From: a virus
Strand: one strand, 5' to 3'
IMG/VR virus record: IMGVR_UViG_3300037247_001602
Coordinates: 1 to 64,000 of that record
Length of the DNA: 64,000 nt
The position numbers were made by a program, and so were the translations under genes. Of this stretch, positions 37,759-47,794 are shown piece after piece. The notes under the pieces are model-generated. The model did no database searches and was not told where the DNA came from. It saw only the letters and a program-made list of their open reading frames with translations. Numbering within the stretch: the stretch's first letter is position 1; each line of letters opens with the position of its first letter.

Positions 37759-38712
37759 ATGGCCCTTATTCAGAACAGCAGCGGTGGTGAAATTCGTTTG
37801 TCTCGGGTGGGCAAGATTGGTCCTCCTAAACTCGAAGGCGTCAATATTGCCTTTGATGATACTGAGACGGCAACCGTCCCGGATGATTTTCTTCGTAGTG
37901 ATGGAATGGTCGCGCTGGTGGCTGCCAATGACATTACAATCCTTCAGTTCGGCGCGGGAGATGAGGTTGTCGAGCAGGAATCGCTACACCGATCTGCGTA
38001 CAGTATATCCTTGGATAATACCCCGGCTGATATTGCCAACATAATGGTCGCTGCTGTCGATACTGGAGGTGCCGAAACCTACGATTTCAGCAACCCGGCA
38101 AATCGCAGCCTATCTATGGTTCTGAATGGAATTTCTGTTACCCACACTTTTGTAAGTGGGGATTTTTCAGATCAGGCCGCTGCGACGGCTGCCGAAGTAG
38201 TTACGTCATTGGCCGGGAACGCGGCGTTTGCAGCAGAAGCGGCTGCTGATGATAATGCCGGATCGATCCGTGTAACAAGCCTTGCGTTTGGAACGAGCAG
38301 CAACATTATCTTCAGTGGAACCGCGAATGCCATTCTTGCCCTCTCGGTGACTCAAGTCGATGGGACCATTGCCCCGAGTCTCGTCCAGGTTCTTGTCAAG
38401 GATTCTCGCGGGAATGCGATCCAGGGCGTGGACGTTGTCGCTGGCATTTGGGATACTGTAACCGGTGGAAGCCTCCTTGCTGACACTCAGATCCAGGAAG
38501 CCAGCAAGGGCTCGATCAAAACCGGGAAGTATACCAATACGGCCACGTTGACGACAAGTTCTACTGGCGAAGCTGATGTGGAAGTCGCATCGGATATTTC
38601 CGGGGCCGACAGCCTTTTCCTTGATCTGGCTGCTCCGGCTGGTTTCTTCCTATCCGTTTCGGATAGAAAGGGAGTGGATAGCAGCAGAGAGCAGATCGAC
38701 AAGAGTGCGTAG
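37759..38712 (+). CDS. Structural protein with Ig-like domain
   Basis: VLVKDSRGNAIQGV..TSSTGEA Big-like pattern. Confidence 0.55.
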   Translation: MALIQNSSGGEIRLSRVGKIGPPKLEGVNIAFDDTETATVPDDFLRSDGMVALVAANDITILQFGAGDEVVEQESLHRSAYSISLDNTPADIANIMVAAVDTGGAETYDFSNPANRSLSMVLNGISVTHTFVSGDFSDQAAATAAEVVTSLAGNAAFAAEAAADDNAGSIRVTSLAFGTSSNIIFSGTANAILALSVTQVDGTIAPSLVQVLVKDSRGNAIQGVDVVAGIWDTVTGGSLLADTQIQEASKGSIKTGKYTNTATLTTSSTGEADVEVASDISGADSLFLDLAAPAGFFLSVSDRKGVDSSREQIDKSA

Positions 38713-38735
38713 TAAAGAAAAAGGGGTGGGGAGGA

Positions 38736-39371
38736 TTACTCCTCCTCACCCTCTTCTTCTTCTGCTGTCACGGGTCTCTCGAAGAGACGCCACAGTCTTC
38801 CCGGAATATAATGCGGTGGGACCTCTCTTTCTTCCTGGGTTGGTTCCCAGAATATCACATCATCTACCTGGCCGTAGGTGTGAGTTACATAGGATCGGTC
38901 GCCATTTTTGAAGTCGCAATAAGAGACGAGCGCCTCGGGATGATTGGGATTGCCCAAAACCTGTTTAGATGGCTCCGATCTCAATTTGAATAGATGGGTT
39001 TTCGAAACCCAGCATCTCATGAGAAGTGCGTAGGCTCTGGAATCCATCTCACGGACCATCATTTCCATGGCGGCTTGGAGAAGATCAGGATCGAAGTCGA
39101 TCATGGCCTGGACGTTTATCATCCGGCACATATCAAGGCCGTCTTTGACGTACCAGATGTAGAAATATGGGGCGACGTACCTGTTTTTGTTCATCTCGTC
39201 CTGGCCGAGTTCCAGGGTAATCTTATTGAATGCCCTGGGATCAATGCAATTATGGAAAAGGCTCTTGTCGGCGGGAACATCTTTTGTTTCAACGTGAATA
39301 TGTTGCGCGACGGGGAATCTTTTGATAAGATTGCTTACTCTCGTGTAAGGAACACCTTGTGAAAAATCCAT
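38736..39371 (-). CDS. Hypothetical protein (start uncertain)
   Basis: Long ORF filling the gap between + genes. Confidence 0.45.
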   Translation of the reverse strand: MDFSQGVPYTRVSNLIKRFPVAQHIHVETKDVPADKSLFHNCIDPRAFNKITLELGQDEMNKNRYVAPYFYIWYVKDGLDMCRMINVQAMIDFDPDLLQAAMEMMVREMDSRAYALLMRCWVSKTHLFKLRSEPSKQVLGNPNHPEALVSYCDFKNGDRSYVTHTYGQVDDVIFWEPTQEEREVPPHYIPGRLWRLFERPVTAEEEEGEEE

Positions 39372-40516
39372 GGAATCCTCCCGTAGTAGACCTAGATAAG
39401 ATCGCCGATGAGAATCTTATACCAAAAGGCGATCCCTGGTTGCACGTTCTTTTTGCTGCCGATGATCTCCACAGCCTGCTGAAACTTGGTATAGCCGATA
39501 TGGATCGGCTCGTCTACGGAATATATCAGAATCGGGATCATGCGGAGATTCCGTGGCATGAGCTTGTTGGGCCAATCGAGGCGCAGCTCTACCATTGCGG
39601 ATATCAGGCAGTCTGCGGCGGGAGGCAGTATGCTGAATCGTTCCGGACGGATCATACGAAAGTCGCACAGCTCCTCGATTGGAATTATCGAAAAGACATA
39701 GAAGAAATGATTACGGGCATGGGATACCCAGCCTCGAAGAAGACTATGGATATTGTTCACGAGGCTCTTGGAGGCGCTCAGGCTCCTCCTATCCACGAAC
39801 TGAATCAGCTCATGGCATTCGAGCAGGCGAAGGCAATCGCACGCACGGTGATGATGAATATCTATGTGAAATCCGCCCTGCGCAAGTGGCAGGAAGACGG
39901 AATCACAAGAGTCAAACGCATGGAGATGCGGGACAAGAAAACATGCCCGATTTGCAAAGCGCTAAACGGAAAAGAGTACGAGCTTGCTGATCTCATCAAT
40001 TTGGTATATCCGTTGACGAACGATAGCCATCCTTCCTGCCGAGGGACCTTCATTCCGCTGATCTCTCTAGAGACCTACGATCCGAAAGTTCGTGAGATTC
40101 CGCTGGCCGTGGATTTCTCCGTTAGTGGAAACACGGCCAAGAATGTTCCCCTCGAAGTCAAGCCATGGCTCTACAGCTTCTTGAGAAAGCTCAAAGGACC
40201 GATCAGCGTGGAGTTCGATCCTACGATTACTGAGTCTTACACGTGGGGTCCTTTCGAGATCAGGATCAACCCCGATGCCCTGGAAGACGAAGACGTGCGC
40301 GAGATCATTCTGGAATCCATTGCACATCAGATCTGGCCCACTTTCGAAGATAAATTCATCGCGGAATATATTCCGCTGATCCAATCCGGACTGGCGCATC
40401 CATCGAAGAGCTTTTCTAACAACAAAGAGTTATTCATCTATAACTACATCGCCCATAGGATGGGACAGGACCCAGATCCCTTCTCCAATGCCTGGTGGCT
40501 CCAAAACGTAAAATAA
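39359..40516 (+). CDS. Head morphogenesis protein (SPP1 gp7 / Mu gpF-like)
   Basis: DKKTCPICKALNGK..HPSCRG motif. Confidence 0.7.
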   Translation: MKNPWNPPVVDLDKIADENLIPKGDPWLHVLFAADDLHSLLKLGIADMDRLVYGIYQNRDHAEIPWHELVGPIEAQLYHCGYQAVCGGRQYAESFRTDHTKVAQLLDWNYRKDIEEMITGMGYPASKKTMDIVHEALGGAQAPPIHELNQLMAFEQAKAIARTVMMNIYVKSALRKWQEDGITRVKRMEMRDKKTCPICKALNGKEYELADLINLVYPLTNDSHPSCRGTFIPLISLETYDPKVREIPLAVDFSVSGNTAKNVPLEVKPWLYSFLRKLKGPISVEFDPTITESYTWGPFEIRINPDALEDEDVREIILESIAHQIWPTFEDKFIAEYIPLIQSGLAHPSKSFSNNKELFIYNYIAHRMGQDPDPFSNAWWLQNVK

Positions 40517-40822
40517 TGGGGTGGCCAGACAGGTTTCCCAGAATCCGACCACCCCTCTGGTGAGCAGTCAGAATCGATCTGACTACTCATCCCCCCAGAG
40601 GAGATAGAGAGAAATATATCCTCAATCCATCTCCACTTTGCTTATACCTAAAAAGAGAGGCGAGATGGCATAGCCACCCGCCTCCCTTTCGCCGAGAGTG
40701 GACACAAGCGCTACGGGCGCGGTGTCCTGGAGGAAATCCATGTAGGTTTCAGTCTTTTGGTGATCGAGCGATAATTGAAAGGATGGCCAACACGAACTGG
40801 ACTCCAAAGATGAACATATTGT

Positions 40823-41068
40823 TTACTCCCCAATTGGGACCTTTTCGTCAGGAATCAATTCGCAGAATCCAGTAAAAACCTGAACTAGGCGAGGTAATCC
40901 ATCTTCATTCATCTCGCCAAACCAAAGATCCACGTGTCCTCTGAAAACACCGCCACACGCCTCGTTGCGGATGATGACACCCATCTTACCCTTGAGATCC
41001 GGATGCTTCTCCTCGCCATCATCCGGTACGCCTCGGTAGATCATGAAATCCCGAATTGTCATCACCAT
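40823..41068 (-). CDS. Hypothetical protein
   Basis: AGGAG RBS. Confidence 0.55.
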   Translation of the reverse strand: MVMTIRDFMIYRGVPDDGEEKHPDLKGKMGVIIRNEACGGVFRGHVDLWFGEMNEDGLPRLVQVFTGFCELIPDEKVPIGE

Positions 41069-41216
41069 GTGAATTCTCCTGGCGAAATTAGTTTATGAAA
41101 TAGCGCGAGCCACCTGGATGATCCAGATGACTCGCGCTACCCGAACCAGGAGGCGCTTGCGGGCAAAGGGCTCTAGGCCTGCTTCTTGTTTTTTTCGCCT
41201 TCTGGGGGGGGTGCTG

Positions 41217-41594
41217 CTAGGCAGCCTTCTTGCTCTTCTTCATCTGTTCGACGGTCTCGCTGAGGCTCTCGAAGGAGTTCTTCAGGCCTTCCGCCAACTC
41301 GGCGAGATCGGTGACCGTCTTGTGCAGATCGGGCTGCTCGCCCTTGCCATCGGTCTCCGTCTCGGTCGTACCCTCTTCCTTCGCCTTCTCGGAGGAGGTC
41401 CAGTCGGCCACCTTGTTCGCGACGTACTGGACACCCTTGGCGGCGCCCAGAACACTCAGGTAGATGGCGCCCCCGACACCGGCGACGATGGCGAGGCCCA
41501 GGCCGGCTGCGGCGCCCGCCTCCGCCACTTCACCCGTCATCTCGAAGAAGCCGATCTCAGCCGTCACTTTCCCCTTCTCGTCTCGAATCTTCAT
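41217..41594 (-). CDS. Membrane protein (MKIRDEK...)
   Basis: AGGAGG RBS; Ala/Gly-rich TM; GGTATAAG at 41684-41690. Confidence 0.55.
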   Translation of the reverse strand: MKIRDEKGKVTAEIGFFEMTGEVAEAGAAAGLGLAIVAGVGGAIYLSVLGAAKGVQYVANKVADWTSSEKAKEEGTTETETDGKGEQPDLHKTVTDLAELAEGLKNSFESLSETVEQMKKSKKAA

Positions 41595-41710
41595 GGTTTC
41601 TCCTCCTTTGCCATGACAATGATGTGTAGGCAAGCCCTGCACCGTGCAGGACTTACAAGACTACACTTCTCTCGGTACTTTTCTTATACCGGATTTGGGC
41701 GTTGATTTTC

Positions 41711-41738
41711 TTGATTGTAAACCCTTACCATATATAAT
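41711..41738 (+). promoter_or_regulatory. Sigma70-like promoter TTGATT-16-TATAAT for the RNAP operon
   Basis: Divergent from the GGTATAAG motif. Confidence 0.55.
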
Positions 41739-41773
41739 TATATCCGAATTCCACCACCCGAGAAGGTCACGAA

Positions 41774-44700
41774 ATGCTCGACTTCGAAGCTCAGGCTAGG
41801 AACAGCGAGAAGAGTCTCGTCGCCGCCATCAAGGCGATATTCCCCTATGCCGGGAAGAAGCAGACTCTCATTGCAGAGCGTATTTGGATCGACAAGGAAG
41901 CACGAACTTTCGGGGACTTTGGTTCTCAGAAAGAGGTGAAAGGCAAAGATAAAACTTGGGCAATGCCGATCTACGGCAAGTTTCGCCTCGTGGACAACGC
42001 CACCAATGAAGTCATCGATCGGATCGACAAGATGACCCTGGTGAACCTGCCTCTGGCTACCGCTCGCGGAAGCTATATCGTGCGCGGGAGCGAGTACCAG
42101 GTCGCCAATCAGTTCCGCCTGAAGCCGGGCGTCTACACAAGAATCCAGCAGAACGGAGAGCTTGAGTCCCAGGTGAATCTGGCGAAAGGCATGAACTTCA
42201 GGATTCTCCTGGCGCCCAACTCCGGGATCTTCTTCATGAAGCTGGGGGAGACGAAGATACAACTCTATCACCTGCTCACGGCATTCGGCGTATCCCGCAG
42301 CGCCATAGAATCGATATGGGGACCGGAATTGACAGCCAAGAATTCCAAGAAAGGAAGCCAAGATGGCGAGGTTAATAAAGCTTACAAGATCATATTTAGG
42401 AAAGAACCGGAAAATCTAGCAGAGGCGATTTCGAGCCTTGAGACTTACTTTGCTGGCAATGTGATAGATCGGAGCACGACGAAGCTCACGCTGGGCAAGG
42501 GATTCAAGAACGTCAACGCAGATCTATTACTGAGGACTTCTGCAAGGATATTATCTGTCTCTCGCGGAGAGGATAAGGCGGACGACCGGGACTCCCTGGA
42601 ATTCAAGCAGCTCTTGTCGGTGGATGATTTCCTGAGAGAGCGCATCGATAAGAATGCGAATAAGATCAAGTTCAAGATGCGTTTCAACATCGATCGCAAG
42701 GACAACATCCGGGAGATTATGGGTCTTTCCACGTTCAATTATCCGATAGAGAGCTTCTTCACGGGCGGGGCAGAAGCATTCGGCGGCAATACGGGGCTGT
42801 CCAGCACGCCTGAGCAGACGAATCCCCTGCATATGCTCTCGGAGACCTCGAAAGTTATCCTGTCGGGCTCCGGAGGGATCACCAACCCATATCAAGTTAC
42901 TGTCGAGGCCAGGGCCGTCCATCCATCCACCATGGGCTTTGTAGATCCCGTGCACACGCCGGAGTCGGATCGCATAGGTACAACACTTCAGCTTCCTCTT
43001 GGCATCAAGAAAAAAGGGCAGAAAATATTGGCGGGTTTCTATAGTGTCAAGACTGGGAAGGTAGTTGATCTAGCCCCCGATCAGGCTGCGGATTCAGTCG
43101 TTTCTTTTAGAGATCAGTATGACGAGAAGAATGGCAAGTTGAAGCCTAAAACACGGAACGTAAAGGCCTCTGTGAAAGGCAAAATATCCATAGTCCCAGC
43201 AAATGAAGTCGAATATGTCATCCCGTCGCCGCAAGCTATGTTCGGGATAGCAACAAACATGATTCCTTTCTTACAAAACGATCAGGGCAATCGCGCCATG
43301 ATGGCTGGCAAGATGATGACGCAGGCGCTCCCTCTGGTAAATAGAGAAGCCCCTCTCGTCCGCGTCGTGGCTGGCAAAGGCGTGGTCTTCGAAAGTGTTG
43401 CCGGCCAGGGATTCTCGCACAGAGCGCCAGTATCCGGGACTATCACGAGCGCAACCGAGAAGGAAGTCGTAATCAAAGGGGCGGACGGCAAGCGCCATAC
43501 CGTGTCTCTGTACGACAATTTCCCACTCAACTCAAAAACAGCATTCATCGATGCGGAAGTTGTCGTGAAGAAAGGAGATAAAGTCAAGAAAGGGCAACTG
43601 CTTGCCGATACGACATTTACGAAGGATGGAGACCTTTCGCTTGGAATCAACGCAACTGTCGCATATATGCCCTTCAAAGGCTATAATTTCGAGGACGGAA
43701 TCGTCATCAGCGAGAGTTTCTCTAAGAAATTCACATCATCGCACCTCTACAAACTTACGACTTCAATAGACAAGCAGACTCTGATGAACCTTGCCAAGTT
43801 CAAGGCTTACTATCCGGAAGCTCTGGATCTCGCTTCGGCCAGCCGACTCGACTCGGATGGCGTCATCAAGAAAGGCGAGATCGTGAAGTTTGGCGACACG
43901 GTAATGTCCGTATTGAGGAAGGAGGAGAAAGGCCCGGAGGATCTGATTCTTGGGAGACTGCACAGAGCATTCATTAAGCCGTACAAGAACAAGTCGGTGT
44001 TATGGGAGGAGGAGGACGAGGGCGAAGTTGTCGATGTTATCAAAACGGCGAGGAAGATCGAGGTTCATATCCGTACTGCCGAGCCAGCGAAGATTGGCGA
44101 TAAGCTGGCCGGCAGGCACGGAAACAAAGGCACGATCACTTTCATCGGCGGAGATGCCGAGATGCCCACTACGGCAGATGGCGAAGTCATTGAAGTCCTT
44201 TTGAATCCCCATAGCATTCCTGGGAGAATCAATCCAGGCCAGATCCTCGAAACGGTTGCAGGCAAGATTGCCGACAAGCAGGGCCGGCCATTTGATGTGC
44301 GTAACTTCACTGGCAGAAATTATTTGGAGGACGTGGAGAGAGCCGCAAAGAAGGCAGGCGTTCAAGACAAAGAAGATCTCGTCGATCCGGTGACGAACCA
44401 GAGACTTCCTGGCGTTCTCGTCGGAAAGCAATATATGCTGAAGCTGGACCACCCGACGAGGAAAAAATTCTCTGCTCGCGCCCAGGGGAGTTACACAGCC
44501 GACTTGCAACCATCTCGTGGTAAACACGAGGGCGGGCAGTCGATGGACACCCTGACGCTCTACTCGATGCTGTCACACGGAGCAAAAGCAAACCTGAGAG
44601 AAATGGCCACGTACAAATCTGGGCGTAACGATGAAGTATGGCGCGCCCTCCAGCTTGGCCAAAGTCTTCCGGCTCCCGCTGTTCCTTTTGCCACCGAGAA

Positions 44701-47700
44701 ATTCATCTCGATGGTGAAGGGTCTTGGCGTGGACGTGAAGAAAGACGGGAATACCCTGGCCCTGTCTCCGATGACGGATAAGAAGATCCTAGAATATAGT
44801 TCTGGATCTATCAAGAATTCAAAGATTGTGCGGGGCAAGGATCTGAGGCCGGAAAAGGGCGGATTGTTTGATCCGATCATCACGGGCGGTGTTGCGGGCA
44901 CGAATTGGAATCATATCGAACTAGCTGAGCCGATGCCGAATCCGATATTTGAAAACGCGATCAAGGCTATCTTGGGAATCACGGGAACAATCTACGAGGA
45001 TATTATTTCCGGGCGGCGTTATGTGACTCCGGATGGACAAATCGTTCCTGAATCCACTGATGAGACGGAAACGGGTGGTATCGGCATCAAGATCTTGCTA
45101 TCCAAGATCGATATGGACAAGAAGATCAAGGAGCTGTTGGTCCAAGCCAAGAAGAAAAAAGGCGCCGCCCTGGACAAGATCAACAAGGTTATTCGTTACC
45201 TGACAGCGCTCCAGAAGAATGGACTCAAGCCGACTGATTATATCATCAAAAACATACCCGTGATGCCGGCTCGTTTGCGCCCTGTCTACCCGCTTCCGGA
45301 TGGGAGCCTGAACGTAACCGAGGTGAACCATCTCTATAAGGATCTGATTGATCTGAGCGATCAGAATCGGGACTTTATAGCCCTGGATATGCCCGACCAA
45401 GATATAGCCCCGCTGAGGGAGAATGTCTACAAGGGCATGAGGGCTCTCGTCGGCCTGCAAGACCATCTCGGCGGAAGGGGATACAAGGGACTCATCGAGC
45501 AGATAAGAGGCAACACGAACAAGGAGGGATTCTTCCAGAACCGTATCATGAGCCGTCGCCAGGAATTCTCAGGGCGATCAACCATTGTCCCTGAGCCTGC
45601 CCTTGGCCTCGATGACGTAGCCATTCCCGAAGAGATGGCCTGGAAAATATATCGTCCGTTTATCGTCAGGGAGCTGGTTCGCCAGGGCTACAAAGACAGC
45701 GCCCTAGAGGCAAGGGAGGAGCTGGACAAGAAGACCCCCTTGGCTATGAGAGCCTTGCAGATAGCTATGGAAGACCGGCCTGTGATGCTCAACCGGGCTC
45801 CGTCGCTGCACAAATTCAGCATTATGTCATTCATGCCACAACTCACCACGGGTAAGGCAATTAAGATAAACCCCTTGGTGGTAAAGGGTTACAACGCAGA
45901 TTTTGACGGGGACACAATGGCCGTCCATGTTCCGATCACAGAAGAAGCACGAAACGAATCGTTCAAAATGCTGCCGAGCAGAAATTTATACAACCCGCGA
46001 AGCGGCGAACTGATGAACTATCCCACTCAGGAGGCGATTACCGGACTCTATCTATTCACGCAGAGCCCGAAGGGCAGAGCAACGCTCAATGCCATTCTCC
46101 CTGCGGCGAAATACCACATCAAGGGACCATTGACTGCCAAGGAGATGATAAGCGTTCTGGATCGGATCTCGAAGGAAATGCCGAACCAATTCACTAAAGT
46201 CGTCAATGCACTCAAAGATATTGGGAATAGAGCATCTTACGAAATGGGATTTTCTGTCGGTCTTGAAGATCTCAAGATGGATTATTCCTCCAGGGATAGG
46301 ATATTTAACGAGGCCGAAAACGCAATCAAAAAAGTGAAAGGCGACAAGACACAAGCAATCATCGATGCTTATACAAGTGCGGCGAAGAAACTCGACGTAG
46401 CTCTTCTTGGGGACAAGCGACTAAGAGCCAACTCCTTCATGATTATGGCCAGATCTGGCGGGAAGGGAAATATAGGCCAAATCAGACAGATCTTGGCTGG
46501 GCCTGTCCTCGTCAAGGATGTTCATGATCGCACTATTCCGGTTCCGATTAAGAAATCATATTCAGAAGGGTTGGACTTGGCGGACTATTGGGCGTCAATG
46601 GCTGGTGCCCGAAAAGGTATGATTGACAGATCCCTGCAGACTTCTATCCCTGGTGCATTCGCCAAGGAACTTCTCAATGTTACCGTGAATCACGTCATCT
46701 CGATAGCTGACTGCAAGACTACACGCGGCGTTGAAATCCCAGTGGACGATTCTGACATTCTGGATCGTTATCTGGCGCGAGGGATCAAGGACGTAGCCAG
46801 AAGAAACTCGATCGTGACGGCATATGTGATCAAGAAGGCCAGAAAGAATAATGTGAAGACCCTGCTTGTCCGAAGTCCGCTGACTTGTGAGGCCGAACAG
46901 GGCGTCTGCCAAAGATGTTACGGGCTCTCGGATAATGGGAGGCCTCCTGAAATCGGGACGAATGTTGGAGTGGAGGCTGGCCAATCAATGGCGGAGCCTG
47001 CCACCCAGATGGTTATGCGCAGTTTCCATACGGGAGGAGCCGCAGGAATGGCAGGCGGGATCGTATCTGGATTCACGAGAATCTCCGATCTCCTGAAGAT
47101 GCCCAAAATCCTGAAAAATAAGGCAACTCTATCCCGAGAGTCCGGGAAAATCACGAAGATAGACACCTCTCCGATTGGAGGATGGAATGTCTGGGTTGAT
47201 GACGAAGAGCACCATGTGCCTGCCGGAAGACGAGTTCTTGTCAAACAAGGCCAAACAGTCTCGATGGGCGACCGCCTCAGTGATGGCCCAATTAAGCCGC
47301 AGGAACTTCTCGAACTACGAAACATGCGTGAAACACAGGATTATATTGTAAATTCGCTCAAGGATGAATATTTGAATCAAGGCATCCAAATGAGGCGCCG
47401 CGTCCTGGAAACAGTCGTCCGCCCGCTGACAAATTCAGCCAGAGTAACGCATCCGGGTGGACACGAGGCATATGTGCCCGGCGATCATGCCCCACTGACT
47501 ATTCTCGATGCATATAACCGCAAAGCTAAACCTGAAGACAAGATCGAATATGAACCGATTATTCGGGGAATCAACACGGCGCCCTTGGCGAGCCAGGACT
47601 GGATCACGAGGTTGAATTTCCAGCGCCTCAAAGAAACGCTCATCGAAGGCCCCGCGCAAGGCTGGAAATCTGATATTGCCACAATCGGTGCACCCCTGGC

Positions 47701-47794
47701 CGCATATGCATATGGTCCACTGATCGGAAGAGAGCGCGAAAAAGCTGCTGAAGATACTGCCCAACTAGAGGAGATTGGCAGTGTCTCAGAATAG
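41774..47794 (+). CDS. DNA-directed RNA polymerase, fused beta-beta' single chain
   Basis: beta motifs TPES..IG, GYNFEDG, GDKLAGRHGNKG, KLDH; beta' motifs SGRSTI, LNRAPSLH, NADFDGD, GARKG..D..L.T, GQSMAEPATQMVMRSFHTGG. Confidence 0.95.
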   Translation: MLDFEAQARNSEKSLVAAIKAIFPYAGKKQTLIAERIWIDKEARTFGDFGSQKEVKGKDKTWAMPIYGKFRLVDNATNEVIDRIDKMTLVNLPLATARGSYIVRGSEYQVANQFRLKPGVYTRIQQNGELESQVNLAKGMNFRILLAPNSGIFFMKLGETKIQLYHLLTAFGVSRSAIESIWGPELTAKNSKKGSQDGEVNKAYKIIFRKEPENLAEAISSLETYFAGNVIDRSTTKLTLGKGFKNVNADLLLRTSARILSVSRGEDKADDRDSLEFKQLLSVDDFLRERIDKNANKIKFKMRFNIDRKDNIREIMGLSTFNYPIESFFTGGAEAFGGNTGLSSTPEQTNPLHMLSETSKVILSGSGGITNPYQVTVEARAVHPSTMGFVDPVHTPESDRIGTTLQLPLGIKKKGQKILAGFYSVKTGKVVDLAPDQAADSVVSFRDQYDEKNGKLKPKTRNVKASVKGKISIVPANEVEYVIPSPQAMFGIATNMIPFLQNDQGNRAMMAGKMMTQALPLVNREAPLVRVVAGKGVVFESVAGQGFSHRAPVSGTITSATEKEVVIKGADGKRHTVSLYDNFPLNSKTAFIDAEVVVKKGDKVKKGQLLADTTFTKDGDLSLGINATVAYMPFKGYNFEDGIVISESFSKKFTSSHLYKLTTSIDKQTLMNLAKFKAYYPEALDLASASRLDSDGVIKKGEIVKFGDTVMSVLRKEEKGPEDLILGRLHRAFIKPYKNKSVLWEEEDEGEVVDVIKTARKIEVHIRTAEPAKIGDKLAGRHGNKGTITFIGGDAEMPTTADGEVIEVLLNPHSIPGRINPGQILETVAGKIADKQGRPFDVRNFTGRNYLEDVERAAKKAGVQDKEDLVDPVTNQRLPGVLVGKQYMLKLDHPTRKKFSARAQGSYTADLQPSRGKHEGGQSMDTLTLYSMLSHGAKANLREMATYKSGRNDEVWRALQLGQSLPAPAVPFATEKFISMVKGLGVDVKKDGNTLALSPMTDKKILEYSSGSIKNSKIVRGKDLRPEKGGLFDPIITGGVAGTNWNHIELAEPMPNPIFENAIKAILGITGTIYEDIISGRRYVTPDGQIVPESTDETETGGIGIKILLSKIDMDKKIKELLVQAKKKKGAALDKINKVIRYLTALQKNGLKPTDYIIKNIPVMPARLRPVYPLPDGSLNVTEVNHLYKDLIDLSDQNRDFIALDMPDQDIAPLRENVYKGMRALVGLQDHLGGRGYKGLIEQIRGNTNKEGFFQNRIMSRRQEFSGRSTIVPEPALGLDDVAIPEEMAWKIYRPFIVRELVRQGYKDSALEAREELDKKTPLAMRALQIAMEDRPVMLNRAPSLHKFSIMSFMPQLTTGKAIKINPLVVKGYNADFDGDTMAVHVPITEEARNESFKMLPSRNLYNPRSGELMNYPTQEAITGLYLFTQSPKGRATLNAILPAAKYHIKGPLTAKEMISVLDRISKEMPNQFTKVVNALKDIGNRASYEMGFSVGLEDLKMDYSSRDRIFNEAENAIKKVKGDKTQAIIDAYTSAAKKLDVALLGDKRLRANSFMIMARSGGKGNIGQIRQILAGPVLVKDVHDRTIPVPIKKSYSEGLDLADYWASMAGARKGMIDRSLQTSIPGAFAKELLNVTVNHVISIADCKTTRGVEIPVDDSDILDRYLARGIKDVARRNSIVTAYVIKKARKNNVKTLLVRSPLTCEAEQGVCQRCYGLSDNGRPPEIGTNVGVEAGQSMAEPATQMVMRSFHTGGAAGMAGGIVSGFTRISDLLKMPKILKNKATLSRESGKITKIDTSPIGGWNVWVDDEEHHVPAGRRVLVKQGQTVSMGDRLSDGPIKPQELLELRNMRETQDYIVNSLKDEYLNQGIQMRRRVLETVVRPLTNSARVTHPGGHEAYVPGDHAPLTILDAYNRKAKPEDKIEYEPIIRGINTAPLASQDWITRLNFQRLKETLIEGPAQGWKSDIATIGAPLAAYAYGPLIGREREKAAEDTAQLEEIGSVSE

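Noticed and set aside
41774-47794. Host rpoBC locus or bacterial contamination
   Set aside because: No ribosomal-protein operon context, much shorter than cellular beta plus beta', and embedded among phage virion genes.
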